From a virus, in the IMG/VR virus record IMGVR_UViG_3300032286_001864, positions 1 to 64,000 of that record: DNA of 64,000 bases, one strand, 5' to 3'. Under the pieces are notes generated by a model. The model was not told the origin of the DNA and ran no database searches. It saw only the letters and a list, made by a program, of their open reading frames with translations. A program made the position numbers and the translations under genes. Shown in pieces: positions 1 through 9,738 of the stretch. The first letter of the stretch is position 1, and every line of letters starts with the position of its first letter.

Positions 1-51
1 AGCGAAGGAAGCTGTTCATGAACCGAAGCCGGCGTTACCGGGCGAGAGGAC

Positions 52-760
52 GTGAGCTGCTCAACAGGCGTGTGCACTGTTGAGTGAGCTCACTAGAAAA
101 GCCTCCGATTCTGCGTGTGCGGAATCAGAGGCTGTGCAAAAGCTGTATGCTTAGGAGCAGATGTATGCACAACTGGATGTGCTTGTGAACACCTCTTTCG
201 CCCCCTATGACGCGTGCGTGCGTGGTGGGCGGAGGGTGTGGTCGCGCGAGGAGTATGTGCGTTGGAGCTATTGATAAAGCAGGTGAGAAGGGTTGCGGTG
301 CAGGGGAAGTAGGGCGATTGAGGCGTGTGATGGGGTAAGGATAGGCATAGGGAATGCGTAGGTGTGTGCGGGTGAGGGGATGATTGCGGATGGTTGCAGT
401 TGTAAGGCGTGTGCGTGTGCATGAGTAGCGCATGAGGCGTGTGCGGCTGCTGCTGCGTGAGCGCCGCGAGTGCCGCGAGTGCGTAGCGTGAGCCGCTGCT
501 GCATGCGATTGTGTGCAGCGGAAGGCGTATGTTGCGTGCGCTATAGCAGTTGCGATCGCCGCGGCCTGCGAGGGCTGCTACTGCACCCCTGTTGCATGCC
601 TCTGCTGGCTGCTGCGCTGCTGCTCGCCGCTATTGACACCCGTGTGTACTGCTGAGTGCGCGCACTTCTTTTTTTTCCTACAGCCTTCACGCTGCTTAGG
701 GAGGGTTTTAATGTATCTAGCGCGCCGCAATAAAAAATAGAAAGCTCTATAGGGCCTCTT
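52..760. repeat. Non-coding G/T-skewed region with GCGTGTGC repeats and two hairpins
   Basis: GCGTGTGC at 68, 113, 407, 413, 437; hairpins 52-93 and 100-133; T-run near 668-677 and A-run near 733-738; only low-complexity ORFs. Confidence 0.7.
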
Positions 761-892
761 TTTGCTTCAGCTCAATGATTCATGGGGCAAAATCGCCTTT
801 TCGCATGCACACCGCAGCCCCGGACGCGGTGTAAGCCATGGAAATCAGCCCCGATAGACTCATCTGACGGCAATTCGCGGGACGAGCGGGCA

Positions 893-3800
893 ATGGCGAG
901 GCGGATCGGCGGCTTTCGAGACATTGGCGACCCCAATGACGCCCGCAGGAGGGTCGGTCCAAGGCCAATGGGCTCCGCTGCGCCCGGAATGCCCGGGTAT
1001 GGGGACGCCGTCGACGCCATGGTGCTTGGCCCCAGGCCAGCGGACCCTGTTGCGCTCGGAATACCCGGGTTCGGCCCTGGTATCAGCGTCACTCCCCAGG
1101 GAGTCGGGACTGGCTGGCGCTCATTGCCCCTGGGAGAGCGCGCACAGTGGTACAACCCCGGTAGCGGCGTTGTCGCCTCCCAGGACCAGGCCCCCTCGGC
1201 TGTCGGTCAATGGCTTCAAGGGGAAGACGAACAGAAATACAGGCACTCTCCGTTCAGGTACACCGGTTACGGCCAGCCTTCGCTGCTGCCAGGGGGCAGA
1301 GCGGAGGGTGTCAGCGCTCCCTACCGAGCTCCGGACCCTCTTTCGGAGGGCGGTAATCGGCGCTCAGCGGCCATTCCCTACTCCCAGCGCCTCCTGTCAC
1401 TCCTAGATGGAACGGATCAGGTTGTTCTGCAAGATCCAGCACTACTGAGCGGTTCGATCCGGAAACGCACGCAGACCCCGGGCGGTGTCAAGATTGCCGT
1501 CTCTCGCGACGATCTTGGCGCTGGGGCCGCATTTGCAGGCGCCGACCCAGGGGACGCCATGGGGGTGTATCGCGAGCTGTTTGGCAGCGAGAAAGCGAGA
1601 GAAGGCGAGCCTCGGGCGGAATACAGCGATGGAACCCCTGTCGAGCAGTTTCCCGTCAACTGGAGCACTGGGCTCCCCGATGACACCCCACTGTTCGCCA
1701 GGGGGAGATCAGGCGCCGACCGTGCGGAAACCAGGGCACTTGGAGGCACCGTGCTGGGCTCTATTGGCCAGGATCCCGCCCTCGTCTCAACCCAATTCCG
1801 TGGTAAGGCGTCAGGAGAAGAGCCCGAAACGATGGTTCCATACGTCTATCACAAAGGCGGAAGGGAATTTGAAATTCGCTACATTGACCCCACGCAGGTT
1901 GTTGAAAACATAGAGATTGACCCTAGTCAAAGAACCAGCGCACACACATCCGACTCGTTCAACGAAGTCACCCTTGCCAGCAAAATACAGAATGCACTTA
2001 ACGACGCAAAGATACCTCTTATGCCGCTTTCGGCCCTGGAGGATGCCAGGAGGCGCGGGCGGTTCCTCCCCAATCGGGACGAGCAGCGAGGCACTCTGGC
2101 TGGCTACATCTTGAACCAAGGCGTCCCGGGAAGTGCGTTAAGAAATTTCGCTTCCGCGGACGACATCCCAGAAGCGGACCTCGCGGCAAAAGCCGGCATC
2201 TGGAATCCCGTCTACGCGCCAGAGACTCGCGACGGCCGGCTCACGATGCGTCGAGACGTCCCGCCGGAGCGGGGGTATGGCAACGCAGAGGCAGTCCAAG
2301 AGCTGGCCTATCGAGTCGGGGGCCCTTTGAATCGCGATCCCAATCGCTTGCGCGAGTACCTCAAGGAGGCCCTCGGGCTGGCCGGCGTGCAGACATCTAG
2401 GGAATACGCAATCCCTTGGAAACTTGAAGACAGGAACCAGGGGCTCACGCATCTTGGGCGCCTGCAGAGCGGCATTGATCGCGGTTTCCAGGTTCTGCCT
2501 GCTACTCCTGGATCGCAGCCAATCGCACGCGAAGAGCTTGCCCCCCTCTTGCAGCGCATGAGAGGGCAAAAGGACGATCCGCTGGCGTCAGGACTGAACG
2601 TCGTCTACGACGGCAACACCGTTCACAGGCTCTTACCCGAGAGGGACCTGGGCGGCCGACTGACCGGTCGGTTCTACACGGCTCAGGAGCAGGAGATCGG
2701 CCCAGCCGTGCTGATTGAAGACGAGCTCTTGCGGCAAGAAGCAGAGAAGTTCGCCGAAAAACAGGGGCTCGGCAAGGGCGCCACGCTCGACGGCTTCGCC
2801 AGGGCGATGGCCAGCGCGGGGGCTATGGCGCCAAAGTTCGTGCCGCGCCCCCCGGCAAACGCGGATCCGATCGCCGCGCTTGTGGCCAAAGCGGCCTTGA
2901 GCAGGCAGGAGTTGGCGGCCAATCCCGCCCTGGCGGCTCACCTGGACCGCGTCACGGGGGATCGCCTTCCGTTCATGTTTCTCCCGAGGACCTTCAACGA
3001 GGCAGGCACTCCGCTCGTCCAAATTCCGCCGGTGATTGCGGCAAAAGGCTCCTACGACGCCGAGGACCTCCTGGCGCAAAGCGTGCACGACGTGACGGGC
3101 CAAAGAGTCCCCCTGGCAACGATTCGCGAACGCCTGCAGTACCAGGACCGACCTGCACCCGCGGAAACTCCCATGGACCGGGAGTTCGATCACTACGACC
3201 CTGTTGAGCGTCGCTGGTTGCCGACATCGAGGGGCCAGATCGTCGATGACGCCAGGCGGCAACGGGAAGATCACGTAGACCTGCCGGAAACGGTCTCAAA
3301 CACGTCCTGGGCCCCCTTGCAGGAGCAGGCCGCAGAACAGCTACTGGGCACCGGCGGCCAGCAGCTTGGCCTGCCGAGGGAGGGCAGTCGACTGACGGGC
3401 ACTCAGTTCCAATGGGCACCCGATCCCGCCACGGATGCGCTGCGGGAGTACATGGCGCTTCGTGCTAGGCAGATGCCGGCGAGGGTGCGCAATGTACAGC
3501 CCGCAGACCAGCTCCAGCTACCCCTGGATCCAGCGGTCGAGCAGCTGTCGTTGGGGCCAGCGCCGCAGCTCCGACTCAGCCCCTTCAGCCCGGAGATGGC
3601 TGCACGAATTTCGCGCCTGCGCACGGCGCCCGTAGTGCGGGCCGGCGAAGGCCGCGGACCGCGGGTCGATCAACTGGGCCTCCCACTGCAGACAGGGGTC
3701 TACGCCACGGCGAATGGCGAGGTGCGGCGCTCCTTCGACCCTCCGGATCGCCCTGGGTTCAGGCCGGCTCGCAGCGTTGGCCGCGCAGCAGGGCCCAATG

Positions 3801-4051
3801 CAGGCAGCGATTACTACGGCCTGGGCGGCGACGCCGGCGCCTACCAGCAGCCGATGACCATGGCAGGGGCCATGGGTGGATTCGACTACGGCGCCATGGC
3901 AGAAGGGCTTGGTGCAGCGCCAGGCAGCCCTGAGCACACCATGGCTATGGCTCAACTGGCTAGTCGAGTCGCCGCACGCCGGAGGGCGACCGCTGCTGGC
4001 TCTCAGCGCACCGTGACCCCCCAGATGGAGCAGATGGGCCTCCTGCCCTGA
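893..4051 (+). CDS. Large hypothetical protein, possibly internal virion/ejection protein
   Basis: Open frame from 782 (1089 aa); ATG 893 (MARRIGG) is a more plausible start; Gly/Pro/Ala/Arg-rich; first gene of the rightward virion arm. Confidence 0.75.
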   Translation: MARRIGGFRDIGDPNDARRRVGPRPMGSAAPGMPGYGDAVDAMVLGPRPADPVALGIPGFGPGISVTPQGVGTGWRSLPLGERAQWYNPGSGVVASQDQAPSAVGQWLQGEDEQKYRHSPFRYTGYGQPSLLPGGRAEGVSAPYRAPDPLSEGGNRRSAAIPYSQRLLSLLDGTDQVVLQDPALLSGSIRKRTQTPGGVKIAVSRDDLGAGAAFAGADPGDAMGVYRELFGSEKAREGEPRAEYSDGTPVEQFPVNWSTGLPDDTPLFARGRSGADRAETRALGGTVLGSIGQDPALVSTQFRGKASGEEPETMVPYVYHKGGREFEIRYIDPTQVVENIEIDPSQRTSAHTSDSFNEVTLASKIQNALNDAKIPLMPLSALEDARRRGRFLPNRDEQRGTLAGYILNQGVPGSALRNFASADDIPEADLAAKAGIWNPVYAPETRDGRLTMRRDVPPERGYGNAEAVQELAYRVGGPLNRDPNRLREYLKEALGLAGVQTSREYAIPWKLEDRNQGLTHLGRLQSGIDRGFQVLPATPGSQPIAREELAPLLQRMRGQKDDPLASGLNVVYDGNTVHRLLPERDLGGRLTGRFYTAQEQEIGPAVLIEDELLRQEAEKFAEKQGLGKGATLDGFARAMASAGAMAPKFVPRPPANADPIAALVAKAALSRQELAANPALAAHLDRVTGDRLPFMFLPRTFNEAGTPLVQIPPVIAAKGSYDAEDLLAQSVHDVTGQRVPLATIRERLQYQDRPAPAETPMDREFDHYDPVERRWLPTSRGQIVDDARRQREDHVDLPETVSNTSWAPLQEQAAEQLLGTGGQQLGLPREGSRLTGTQFQWAPDPATDALREYMALRARQMPARVRNVQPADQLQLPLDPAVEQLSLGPAPQLRLSPFSPEMAARISRLRTAPVVRAGEGRGPRVDQLGLPLQTGVYATANGEVRRSFDPPDRPGFRPARSVGRAAGPNAGSDYYGLGGDAGAYQQPMTMAGAMGGFDYGAMAEGLGAAPGSPEHTMAMAQLASRVAARRRATAAGSQRTVTPQMEQMGLLP

Positions 4052-4105
4052 AGGCGATGAACTCCGCTCCGGCCCAACTAGCATGCAATTATCAAGGCCT
4101 TGACC

Positions 4106-4396
4106 ATGGCTAGTCATACCGGCATCAACGTGGATCGCTACGCCGGCGAACACCTGATCGCAGCGCTCCATGCCGCCGACGATCAGAAGAAGAAGAAGCG
4201 CGATGTGTCCATGAGTTCTCAGGAGGGCGTATCCAACAAGACGCCGTCCAATGAGTTCCTCGCGATTGGCGTCAACCAAGGAGAGTTCGGCAAGGCAGCT
4301 GCAGATCCCAAGAACCCGTTCTTCAACGCCTATGTCGCTCGCTTGCAGCAATTCCCCGAGTCACAGCCTTCCCCCTCTTCGTCCTCAGCCGCCTGA
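4106..4396 (+). CDS. Small hypothetical protein with RYAG tag
   Basis: TAGCAT box 4079-4084 precedes ATG; MASHTGINVDRYAGEH. Confidence 0.7.
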   Translation: MASHTGINVDRYAGEHLIAALHAADDQKKKKRDVSMSSQEGVSNKTPSNEFLAIGVNQGEFGKAAADPKNPFFNAYVARLQQFPESQPSPSSSSAA

Positions 4397-4402
4397 TTCG
4401 CC

Positions 4403-4951
4403 ATGAGATTCGCTGCTCAAGCATTGCAGGGTCTTAAGGGACTGGCCGGGAGTCGCGTCGGTCGGGCGGTCCTCCCCCAGACCGGTGCGGAATGGCTCAT
4501 GAGCGTCGGACCTAACGTGGCTTTTGCCGGCATGACGGCCATGAACCAGCCCGAAGGGACCGACGGCCTGACTCGCTTCGGGGCCGGCGTAGAGGACCTG
4601 TTTGGCAGCGGGTTACTGCAGACCGTGGGTCGCGGCTTTGGCCATGGGGTTGTTGGCGGGGCTCGCCGCATGGGAGTCCCCCTGAACAGCGAGTGGGGCA
4701 TGGGCATCAAGGGCTTCGCTGAGCTGGGCACCGAGGCACTCGGGTACGGCCTGGTACCAAGGCCTTTCGCGAACAGTGCTTATGAGAGGTTTGAAGAGCG
4801 CATGAGCGAACAGCAGCGCGCTGAACTGGCCGCTCGCGACGAAGAAATTCGCCGGGAGGCGCTGGTCGCTGCCGGGATTCGCGGCTATATGTTCCCGCCA
4901 GGGTTGCAGCTGCCAATGTTCGGCGGTGGCATGAACGAAGGTGCCATCTGA
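4403..4951 (+). CDS. Gly-rich hypothetical protein (MRFAA start), putative virion protein
   Basis: 182 aa; TGATG coupling to next gene. Confidence 0.75.
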   Translation: MRFAAQALQGLKGLAGSRVGRAVLPQTGAEWLMSVGPNVAFAGMTAMNQPEGTDGLTRFGAGVEDLFGSGLLQTVGRGFGHGVVGGARRMGVPLNSEWGMGIKGFAELGTEALGYGLVPRPFANSAYERFEERMSEQQRAELAARDEEIRREALVAAGIRGYMFPPGLQLPMFGGGMNEGAI

Positions 4952-6261
4952 TGGAGACCCCCCGGATCCCCAGGTCAGGCCTTGGGCTGCGGGATGTCTT
5001 CAAGCAGGCTTTCATGGCCGATCCGGACTTCAGGTCCTATGGGAGCGTCGCGGATCCATTTGCGTGGCTGATGCGCCGCTCGAACATCCTCGATGCCGCC
5101 AGGCAGTACGCACCGGACTACCTGCTTGGATACGGCCCTGAAAAGCTCAAGGCGTTCGACGAGCAACGGGCAGTCGACCCCGAGATGCGGCAGAACACTC
5201 TGCGCGTCGGGGACTTCCCTGAGCTCGACGGCAAGGAGGTCAAGCAGGGGCGCGGGCCTGACCTTGCTCGCCGCGGTGCCCAGTTCGCCGGCGCCGCCGC
5301 CAAGGACGCCACGACACAAGGACTCCAGAGCATCTGGTGGTTCCTGAACGCCCCAGAAGCCGCTTCAGTGCTGGCCGCCAGCCAGGCGCAACACGGGGCG
5401 CTGGCGAGCCGCCTGCTGCCGTGGGAGGAGCCGATCCCTCAAGCCCCCGCAGGATCCCCGATCACTCGCCCATCGCTGAGGTTCGCCGCGGCGTTCCCTC
5501 TCGTCCTGGCCGCCTCCGCTGCATCGGGCACCCTGTTCCGTCAACCCGGCTACGGGGCTGTCCTGCCTACCGAGGAGGACAGGAAGGAGAGTGCCGATCC
5601 GATCACCGAGAGGCTCTACCGCACCGTCGGCCGCAGCGGTTCACTGCTGCCTTACAAGGAGTTTGTCCAGGAGCGCCCCGACGTGTCGCCCGGGGAGTAC
5701 GAGTCGTACAAGGCCTTCCTTCATGGCGACAAGGGACTCGTCAAGTTCACTCCGGATGGGATCCATGGGGCGGAGGTCAACTTTGTCGGCAAGTCGATCC
5801 CCCTGCTGACCGGCCTGCTGCCCCTGGTCGGTGGTCTTGCGGCTGGCCGAGCCGGATTGCGGATGGCCGGCAAGCGCTTGGCCGACTCCCCGAGCGGCAA
5901 TCGCTTCGAGGAGCTCCAATCCCTCAGGGAAGCCAAGGACAAAGCGAAGCTCAACCTGACCTACACCAAGGGAGGCTTCGCGCCTGAGGCCCCGGGCGGC
6001 GGGAAGCTGACGACCGAGGAAGCGACCAAGATTCACGCAAGAGCCGTTGAGGATTACACGGCAGCCGCGAATCACGTCGAGTCCAGGCTCCTGCTGGGCA
6101 CCCTGGCCGGCACCTCGGCGGGACTGGGGATCACCGGTGCCGGGGCAATGCTGCTCGAGCAGGTGCGCCGCGCCCGCAACCTGGAGGAACATCGCCTCGC
6201 CGCAGAGGAAGAAGCGAGGCAGCTACAGCTTTCAGGCAGGCCTCCCGAAGGCACCACATAG
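4951..6261 (+). CDS. Hypothetical protein with Gly/Ala-rich hydrophobic segments, putative ejection protein
   Basis: 436 aa, GC-ending codons, hydrophobic stretches (FAAAFPLVLAASA, LLTGLLPLVGGLAAG, LAGTSAGLGITGAGAML). Confidence 0.78.
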   Translation: METPRIPRSGLGLRDVFKQAFMADPDFRSYGSVADPFAWLMRRSNILDAARQYAPDYLLGYGPEKLKAFDEQRAVDPEMRQNTLRVGDFPELDGKEVKQGRGPDLARRGAQFAGAAAKDATTQGLQSIWWFLNAPEAASVLAASQAQHGALASRLLPWEEPIPQAPAGSPITRPSLRFAAAFPLVLAASAASGTLFRQPGYGAVLPTEEDRKESADPITERLYRTVGRSGSLLPYKEFVQERPDVSPGEYESYKAFLHGDKGLVKFTPDGIHGAEVNFVGKSIPLLTGLLPLVGGLAAGRAGLRMAGKRLADSPSGNRFEELQSLREAKDKAKLNLTYTKGGFAPEAPGGGKLTTEEATKIHARAVEDYTAAANHVESRLLLGTLAGTSAGLGITGAGAMLLEQVRRARNLEEHRLAAEEEARQLQLSGRPPEGTT

Positions 6262-6291
6262 AATGCCTGGGTAGACAGAGCGAGAGCTAGC

Positions 6292-6648
6292 GTGAATAGC
6301 GGCTTTGATCCGTTCGATGGGCGCAATCCCTTCCAAGCGGCAGCAGCGCGTGGTCGTGCGAATGAATGGACCAAGATGCGCGCAGAGGAGCAAGCGAAGC
6401 AACGCAGCTACATGCAAGCCATGAACGCCAGCAACGGGCAGGGCGGTGCGCCCGCGCAAGCGCCTGCCTCCTCTCCCCTGCAGCAAGGGCTGGGTGCCGT
6501 GGCAGATAAGGCTGGCGGGTTCCTTGGCGGCGCCCTTGCTAAGGGCCTCTCTGGCATCCTTGGCGGCGGATCGACCGGCTCTTCCTTGTGGGACAAGAGC
6601 GCATCGATCGGCCCGTCGACCTGGATGTCCGGTTTCGGGATCAAGTAG
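6292..6648 (+). CDS. Gly/Ala/Gln-rich hypothetical protein
   Basis: 118 aa, same strand and tightly packed. Confidence 0.65.
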   Translation: MNSGFDPFDGRNPFQAAAARGRANEWTKMRAEEQAKQRSYMQAMNASNGQGGAPAQAPASSPLQQGLGAVADKAGGFLGGALAKGLSGILGGGSTGSSLWDKSASIGPSTWMSGFGIK

Positions 6649-6650
6649 TC

Positions 6651-6983
6651 ATGGCAAGCCGTTTCACAGCTAACGGGTTCAACACCAGCGGGCTGGAAGC
6701 TGATGTGGCTGCTGGGCCAGGAAGTAGCACGAAATACTACGGCAACACGAGGTTCATGGATGGCTACCTAAACGAAGAAAGCGAACGTAATGCTTATGAA
6801 ATTGAGCAAAAGAATACCGACAGCTGGAGGAGGGCCTACGAGCTTTCGGACCTGCGCAGGCAAGCCACTGCTGGGGCAGGCGGCGGCCAGGCCAAGGCTC
6901 CGAACTTTGTCGGGGAGCTAGGCAAGGTTGCAGCCGGTTCGGCCGTCAGTGCTGCGGTGACCGCCGGCTTCGCGCTGATCTGA
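6651..6983 (+). CDS. Hypothetical protein with hydrophobic C-terminus
   Basis: ATG 2 nt after previous stop; MASRFTANG...AVTAGFALI. Confidence 0.7.
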   Translation: MASRFTANGFNTSGLEADVAAGPGSSTKYYGNTRFMDGYLNEESERNAYEIEQKNTDSWRRAYELSDLRRQATAGAGGGQAKAPNFVGELGKVAAGSAVSAAVTAGFALI

Positions 6984-6987
6984 CGCA

Positions 6988-7878
6988 ATGGATGACTTCT
7001 CCAAGCGCGTTGATCGAACCCTGGTGCTGATTGAGCGCGGTCACGAGTCGTTTCCGCTGAGCGCGGTGCTGTGGTCGGGCGGCAAGGACTCCATGGTCCT
7101 GCTGCACCTGCTGCATGACCTCGGGTTCCAGCCGCCGGTGATCTTCTTTCGCGAGCCATGGCAGCCGCGCCGGTACTCCTTCCACGACAGATTGATCCGG
7201 GATTGGGGATTGCAGGTGATCTCCTGGCATCCGAGCCTGGTCGCCTTCCAGTCGCATGGCGATGAGTTCGAGCTGCAGAACATCTACCGGCTCAACGGCG
7301 GCAACTTCTCCTGCCCCACGGGGATCACGCACCGCGGCCCTGCCCCAGCCGGTAAGAACAAAGACGAGCCCTGGGTTTGCGCGGTCGACATGGCGTACCG
7401 GCCGACCCAGGAGCGACTAAAGATGCAGACACCGTTCCAGGCGTTCTGGGTCGGGCACAAGGAGTGCGACACCGATGCCGTGCTGGGCGGCCCGGCTGGC
7501 ACCAAGGTGGACGCCGTGATGCGCGTCGATGGGGCCATGGCTCTGTTCCCTTTGCGGGACTGGAGCGATGCGGACATCTGGCGCTATATCGAGGCCTACA
7601 ACGTGCCCTACGACCGGGAGCGTTACCGGCTCATGGATCCGCTGCTCGGGCACCCGGTCGAGGATCCGGATCGCCGGCACAACATTGACTACGTGCATGC
7701 CTGCACGGCGTGCATCGATCCTCGGCCGGGCGCCCCTGAGTCCGTCTACTGCCCGAAGCTCGATTGCACGATCGCCAACTGCTCAGAACTGGTGCCCTGG
7801 ACGGAGCCAGTGAGGCCGAAATACATGGCCGAGAGGGAGCAGGAATCACTGCCTAGAATCGGCGCAGACTCGAAGTAG
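6988..7878 (+). CDS. PAPS reductase-family (PP-loop) protein
   Basis: WSGGKDSMVLLHL PP-loop, PLRDWSDADIWRYI motif, C-terminal CxxC...C. Confidence 0.85.
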   Translation: MDDFSKRVDRTLVLIERGHESFPLSAVLWSGGKDSMVLLHLLHDLGFQPPVIFFREPWQPRRYSFHDRLIRDWGLQVISWHPSLVAFQSHGDEFELQNIYRLNGGNFSCPTGITHRGPAPAGKNKDEPWVCAVDMAYRPTQERLKMQTPFQAFWVGHKECDTDAVLGGPAGTKVDAVMRVDGAMALFPLRDWSDADIWRYIEAYNVPYDRERYRLMDPLLGHPVEDPDRRHNIDYVHACTACIDPRPGAPESVYCPKLDCTIANCSELVPWTEPVRPKYMAEREQESLPRIGADSK

Positions 7879-7885
7879 CAGAAAC

Positions 7886-8512
7886 ATGTCCGGCCTTGCC
7901 ACGGTTCCGGCTCATCAGAAGTTCCTGAACAACCTGACCCCTGCTCAGCGACGCTCTATCAGTGCCGCGGGCTTTGCGCTGAGCGGTGTTCCAATTGCGT
8001 TGAGCGCGATGAACGAGCTCAACGGCGACCCGACGAACCCCCTGGCGAACGCCGGCGGAGCGGTCGGGTCGCTGGGGCTTGGCGCAGCTGGCGGTTTCGT
8101 TGGCGGCCTCCTTGGCAGTCCTTTTGGTCCGCTGGGCGCTTTCGCCGGTCGAGCTCTTGGCGGCCTCGCCGGTAGCGCTCTGGGTGGCTCCCTCGGTGAG
8201 GGCGCCGTCAAGGGCGTGCAGGCGCTGACGACTGATCCGGTCGGTACAGAGATTGCTGCCAACGAACGCCGGACCGCGTCGGCCTTGAAGATGCAGCAGT
8301 TGGCCGCATGGCCGCAGCTCTCGATTCAGATGGCTGCTCAGAGGGCTGCTGATGCTTCGCAGGCGCGGCAGGCGACTATTGCGTCGGATCTCAATGCCAG
8401 GAACGCCTACATGCAGGCGCTATTCGGTGCGGCGATGAATCCTGGGCGCTCCTATTCGGATCCCAGCAGCTCTGCGATGCTTTCCAATATCTTTACTCAG
8501 GGGCTGGCCTGA
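7886..8512 (+). CDS. Glycine-zipper-like hypothetical protein, putative ejection protein
   Basis: GxxxG repeats (GGAVGSLGLGAAGGFVGGLLG); TAGAAT box 7854-7859. Confidence 0.75.
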   Translation: MSGLATVPAHQKFLNNLTPAQRRSISAAGFALSGVPIALSAMNELNGDPTNPLANAGGAVGSLGLGAAGGFVGGLLGSPFGPLGAFAGRALGGLAGSALGGSLGEGAVKGVQALTTDPVGTEIAANERRTASALKMQQLAAWPQLSIQMAAQRAADASQARQATIASDLNARNAYMQALFGAAMNPGRSYSDPSSSAMLSNIFTQGLA

Positions 8513-8979
8513 TGACCGTGATCACGCCTGAACCGTTCAGTGGCATCATGGGTGGCGCCTGGGATTACAAGGCTTCGCCCTTCCAGACGCACGAGCTTGC
8601 ACGGGTAAACAATCAGGCGTTACTCGATCAAGCCAGGATCCAGGCGGCCAATCAGATTGACGTGGTCAATGCACAGGGTGCAAACCTTCGCGAGACCAAC
8701 CGTCAGACGGCCCTACTCAATCGCCGGGCCAATGCCCGAGCCAATCTCTTCAACCTTGGCTCAGCATTTGCCAACCTTGGGGGAGTACGGAAGGCGGGCT
8801 CCTCCGACATCCAGGAGAGGCTTTTGGCCCTCGGGGCTCCGGTTTCGGTAAATGATCAGCTGGCCAGCGCCTACACGACCATGACAGGCTTGCGAGGCCT
8901 TCAGGGGGAGATGACCTCCTGGGATAGCCGAAGCGACGCCGCTGTTTCCGCCGCCCTGAGCAATGGCCTTTTCCAGTAG
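8512..8979 (+). CDS. Hypothetical protein
   Basis: 155 aa, TGATG coupling. Confidence 0.7.
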   Translation: MTVITPEPFSGIMGGAWDYKASPFQTHELARVNNQALLDQARIQAANQIDVVNAQGANLRETNRQTALLNRRANARANLFNLGSAFANLGGVRKAGSSDIQERLLALGAPVSVNDQLASAYTTMTGLRGLQGEMTSWDSRSDAAVSAALSNGLFQ

Positions 8980-9048
8980 GCCCGCCTGCTGTAGCTGACG
9001 CTTTGTCACTTCTCCTAGAATCGGGCGATAAAGGCAGGACGCCGCTCC

Positions 9049-9735
9049 ATGGGTTTCTTCACTGACCTGACGGCCGGCGCCGGGAACGCCGCTTTTGCGC
9101 TCGGCCGACCGTTCCGGGAAGAGGCCAGGAGGGCGGTTGCTGATCAGGAGCAAAAGGCCGCTGCCGCCAAAGCGGATTTTGAGAAGTACTCGACAAAAGC
9201 TGAGAAGCTGAGGCGAGAGCATCAGCTTGAAGATGAAGATCGGGCCCCCGGACTGGCGGCCCAGGTACAGACCGTCCAGCAGCGTGGGCTAGATCGGGAT
9301 CACGACAGGGGCAAGGACTTCTTGACCCATCAGACCGATGAAGGGATTAGGGCCATTGGGGTGGCCGTCCCAGCCAAGATCGCTGTCAGTACGGCCGACT
9401 ACAACAATCAAGGGACCCTGGACACAACGCGCACCAGGAATGAAATTTCCAGGCTGAACGCAACCTACGGCGGCCAGCGGGGGCTTCTTGGTGGCACCTA
9501 CATGGACCTCCTTGATGCGCAGAGGAGGGCCGGCGCCGGCACTCAAGGGCGGTTCATTGGGTCGACTCCCTTGATGGAGCAGTTAGGGGCGAACCAAAGA
9601 GACAGTCAGCGCGACTACCTCAACACCGTGCTGGAGCTGGACAGGCGGAACCAGCCGCAGGGGATCGCAAAGTTTTCGCAGCAGCTCGCCCCAATCGTTG
9701 GCTTGGGCGCCTCGATCCTCAGTGCATTTCTTTGA
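9049..9735 (+). CDS. Hypothetical protein, putative virion protein
   Basis: 228 aa; TAGAAT box 9016-9021; hydrophobic C-terminus. Confidence 0.75.
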   Translation: MGFFTDLTAGAGNAAFALGRPFREEARRAVADQEQKAAAAKADFEKYSTKAEKLRREHQLEDEDRAPGLAAQVQTVQQRGLDRDHDRGKDFLTHQTDEGIRAIGVAVPAKIAVSTADYNNQGTLDTTRTRNEISRLNATYGGQRGLLGGTYMDLLDAQRRAGAGTQGRFIGSTPLMEQLGANQRDSQRDYLNTVLELDRRNQPQGIAKFSQQLAPIVGLGASILSAFL

Positions 9736-9738
9736 GCC

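Noticed and set aside
93-740. His/Thr/Cys-rich ORFs at the left end
   Set aside because: They are translations of low-complexity GT repeats with no RBS or phage-like codon usage.
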